From NCBI GenBank assembly GCA_964016885.1, contig OZ024751.1, forward strand, positions 32,550,001 through 32,614,000: a stretch of 64,000 nucleotides of DNA, read 5' to 3'. The stretch is from Eledone cirrhosa (taxonomy: Eukaryota). Every line of letters starts with the position of its first letter. The first letter of the stretch is position 1. Below the pieces are notes generated by a model. That model saw only the letters and a list, made by a program, of their open reading frames with translations, was not told the origin of the DNA and did not search any database. Made by a program: the position numbers and the translations under genes. This document shows, one piece after another, positions 59,527 to 64,000 of this stretch.

Positions 59527-59663
59527 TTGATGTTGTGTATATTCCAATGAGAGAGTCTTGTGTCTATGTTAGAAACCGACTCTCTCTCTATTCGCAAAAA
59601 TTTGTGAAATTATAAAACTACTTTTATATACTAACACTCACTTTCTCTTTCCTTCACTCGCTG

Positions 59664-59708
<45 letters not shown>

Positions 59709-60253
59709 TACATGTTCATGCATAAATACACACACACACATACACTACACATGCACTCACAAACACACGCACACTCACATACACACACACACAGACTTGC
59801 AGATACAAACACACAATATATTTCACACACACTCACACACTCCACCACCACTACACATAGACACAAACACACACAAACACAGACACACACACAATATTTC
59901 CATACACACACACACCAGTTCACACATACACACACATAATATCTCCCATACAGCCACACATGCACACACCCACACTATCTATGATAGCAGCACACAACCA
60001 CATCCGGCATCTAGTCTCGCTAACACTTTCAATGTCAGAACACTAAAGAGCTGTGCTGTTGTGGAAGTTTGCTGACTGCATTCACAGCAAGTCTTAGCTT
60101 GGTTGCTGTAATGTAGTGATTAGGGCCGATACACACGCAAGCAGACGGGTAGCAGTAAAGCTGCACATACTGTACATTGGTCTGATTACAAAATAGATTC
60201 TAGCATTTTAGTAGCATTTCTGAAATATATATATATGTGTACGTGTGTATACA

Positions 60254-60347
<94 letters not shown>

Positions 60348-60394
60348 AAAATACTCGCGCGCGCAAACACACACATACATATATATGAATAAAC

Positions 60395-60433
<39 letters not shown>

Positions 60434-60534
60434 GTATAATCAAGGATGCTTATATTTTGAGATTACTTAGCAGAATAAGGCTCGTGGAATGTATTTCATT
60501 CCACTCGCATTACGTGGACGTGTATATGTGTATG

Positions 60535-60597
<63 letters not shown>

Positions 60598-60731
60598 CTA
60601 CGTACAGTAATATTTCTGTGGTAGAGAGTGGCGAGGGAGACGATACTATGCAAACATATGCATCTAAACTTATATATACGTACATAGATACAATACACAC
60701 ACTCACACATACAAAGATATATATATACATA

Positions 60732-60805
60732 CAGGGTGTTCAAAAAATGTATACACACTTAAAAAGCATTCTAATCAACGTGGTATACATTTTGGGGATA
60801 CACCC

Positions 60806-60807
<2 letters not shown>
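60732..60807. mobile_element. Tc1/mariner-type mini-MITE
   Basis: ta-cagggtgttcaaaaaatgtatac ... gtatacattttggggatacaccct-ta. Confidence 0.7.
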
Positions 60808-60849
<42 letters not shown>

Positions 60850-62257
60850 AAGCAAGGGAAACCTTACATATCCTATGGCAGAAAGGAGAAATGTCAGCGT
60901 GATCTAGCAACCAAATATTATTACCTGTAATGAAACCCTGATTGCACAACATCATCTGTGATATTGAAGCTATATCCTGCAAATACCAGACCATTGGGAT
61001 CCAGTGTACCTTTACTGCTAGCAGAACGAATGAAGCTGCTCTGAAAGAAGTGATGAAGTGAAGCGGTTCAATGAAGATCTTGAACACTATTTGATAGAAG
61101 ATGGCATCTGTGAGTTATTGTGGGATTAATTGGTGGATAGCTGACACAAGCAGAGGCGGATCTACTTGGAATGGAACTCAAAGTTTTGATATACACACAG
61201 TACTAAGTAAATATCTAAATAAGAAACAGAAACGTCAAAAGTAGCGTAAAGCGACTAATATAGCATACCCTGTCTCTCCGGACAACAAATACACAACAAA
61301 TTAAATTAGAATTTAAAAAACAAAAAAACAGTCTGAGGCTTAAATATATTGAAATAAATATACTATTTTAAAAAATTGCACCAAGAAATGAATTCTACCG
61401 GGACATGTACTGTTTCTGCAAACTGTCCGACTTAATATGCAACGAGAAGCTCCACTAGAGGGAATTAAATGCAGGTCAACAATTTTTTTTATCAAATATA
61501 CTCTTGACAATAACGACACCAGGCATGAAAATTCCGTGAAACTTTATAGAAACCTACCAGCCAGTCTTCCAACCACTCAGAGAGTGAGCCAGTGAGCTAG
61601 TGAGCTAGCAGATGGTATGTAATACACAATGGTGGCAGCGGAGTTGTGGATTGATTATGTCCAATGATATCAGGCCGGGACAGGATTTTTCACCTCAACT
61701 CAGAACGACCCCTCTTTCTTTAACCAAGGAGACAAGCCCAAAGTTAACAAAAAAAATGTATGAAATATATATATATATATGTGGGGGGGGGGAACTTACA
61801 GTAACTCCACGTTACACTCCCTGGATATATAACAAACTGAATTTCTGGGTTATATTGTATTGTAGAATTTCTAAAGAAAAAGAGAAACACACAAACACAC
61901 ACATATACACACATGCATTTTCACACACACATCATAGATTGACACATATAAACGCACAAACAAACACACGTATATACATGTATATACATTTATCTATGTG
62001 TGCATACATGCATGGTTGGTGATGTCGTGTATGCATGTATGTGTGTATAAAGTATGTATATGTGTATATATGTATGTGTGTATACATGCAGGTATTTATG
62101 TCTGTCTCTATGTGTGCGTGTGTATAACTATGAAATAACTGCCTTTCTAAAGAATAAGGTGGAAGATGGCAGCATTTCAAGTAAATTTGTCAATTGTTTA
62201 GTAGAATGTAAAGAAAAGTACCATTCTTACTACAGCCATATTAAGAAAGATAAAGGG

Positions 62258-62557
<300 letters not shown>

Positions 62558-62671
62558 ATATATATATATATATATCATTATACTTTTGTAGGGCCATCCT
62601 GCCAATAGAAGTACCCGCACTAGCTGATTTTCACTTCAGTTTTATCAGTTAAGTAGTATATATATATATAT

Positions 62672-63632
62672 TGTTGAAAAACTGAATCCTCCGTTCGATC
62701 ATGAATACCACGAGCTTGCCAGCCACGTAAGTCTGATATTTGATTTCGGATTCAAAGAAACACTTTAAACGATTGATCGTTTGATTTGTCCAGGTGTATT
62801 TTTCTCAACCTGATTAGTTCTATCGTTACTTTGGTATATATTGTGTGTTAGATTCGCCTACCACAATGTTCGATTTGTCAAGCTATTTAAACGTATGTTA
62901 TTACTCTAAGGCCCTAACTTATCGAGTACTTTGCTAACTCATCATTTCATATAAGTAGGCCAAATTTACTTTCAAACCGCCAGAGATTCGATTTTACTAA
63001 TTTCCAATTATATTATTCTCCTAGATTTAATAATTAACTAATTAATTTAATTAGACAATTCTGTTGATTGGTTAATTATTTGTGTTTGTTTCATAACATC
63101 TAGTTGAGAGCTTATCATGATGATTAGCGGAAATTAAAATATTTCCTTTGTCTAACATTTTGAATGACCCGCCGAAAACCGGGGGTTATTTCCCTTGCCG
63201 GAATTAACACGTGACAGCTATAGATACGATACGCCGCATATATAGCAGCAACATTTAGCTTATCACTTCGGTTCTGGGTAGAACGAAAAACCTGTTGAAA
63301 AACTGAATCCTCCGTTTGATCATGAATACCAAGAGCTTGCCAGCCACGTAAGTCTGATATTTGATTTCGGATTCAAAGAAACACTTTAAACGATTGATCG
63401 TTTGATTTGTCCAGGTGTATTTTTCTCAACCTGATTAGTTCTATCGTTACTTTGGTATATATTGTGTGTTAGATTCGCCTACCACAATGTGCGATTTGTC
63501 AAGTTATTTAAACGTATGTTATTACTCTAAGGCTCTAACTTATCGAGTGCTTTGCTAACTCATCATTTCATATAAGTAGGCCGAATTTACTTGCAAACCG
63601 CCAGAGATTCGATTTTACTAATTTGCAATTAT
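62672..63632. repeat. Partial tandem duplication, 621-bp period (about 1.55 units), (TA)n flanked
   Basis: 62672-63010 repeats at 63293-63632 with few substitutions. Confidence 0.9.
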
Positions 63633-63644
63633 ATATATATATAT

Positions 63645-63905
63645 AGTAATAATAATAAATTTGAAGACTAAAATCCAAAGAGGGCTCGATAAGGATAAAT
63701 ATATATCAAATATATAAGAACCGTAGAGTAAATATTTATTAAAATAACAGATTAAAGTTTAAGCAAAGAATCGCTGCTTTCACCCTTAACGGGATCTTCT
63801 GAAACTAACAAAGTCAATCTGTAAACGCAGAAGTGGATATTTCAAAAAACGTTGCAACCGGAGGAAGACAGGAAGACGATACTTTGGTTCGTGGAAACGT
63901 TCCCT
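63645..63905 (-). mobile_element. Family A element with complete variant HHR (63756-63806)
   Basis: Matches 56066-56326; diverges from the other copies after 63905. Confidence 0.85.
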
Positions 63906-64000
63906 GGCAAAGAACGGGAAAAAACGAATATAATACGTCATTAATAGGAGCGGTGAAAAACAATTACGCGCAAAGACAGAACCACGTTTATGGTATAAAA

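Overview
AT-rich, non-coding eukaryotic DNA saturated with (TA)n, (CA)n, (GA)n and trinucleotide microsatellites. The SINE and repeat style suggests a cephalopod (Octopus-like) genome; this is an inference. No credible host gene was found, and nearly all ORF-track entries are microsatellite read-through. The real content is mobile DNA: tRNA-headed SINEs, Tc1/mariner- and hAT-type MITEs, a non-LTR restriction-like endonuclease fragment, a Penelope-like (PLE) ORF remnant, and at least eight families of short (TA)n-embedded elements. Many of these are fold-backs and several carry type I hammerhead ribozymes (HHRs). The most striking signal is a tandemly repeated 510/615-bp element family (40301-40995, 49793-50630, 51143-51532). 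It contains all three conserved HHR core strands with covarying helices, but in the reverse, non-circularly-permuted order (NUH strand, GAAA strand, CUGANGA strand). A kink-turn and a bridging strand appear to hold it together, so it is a candidate new hammerhead topology. All structures were paired by eye and none is experimentally tested.
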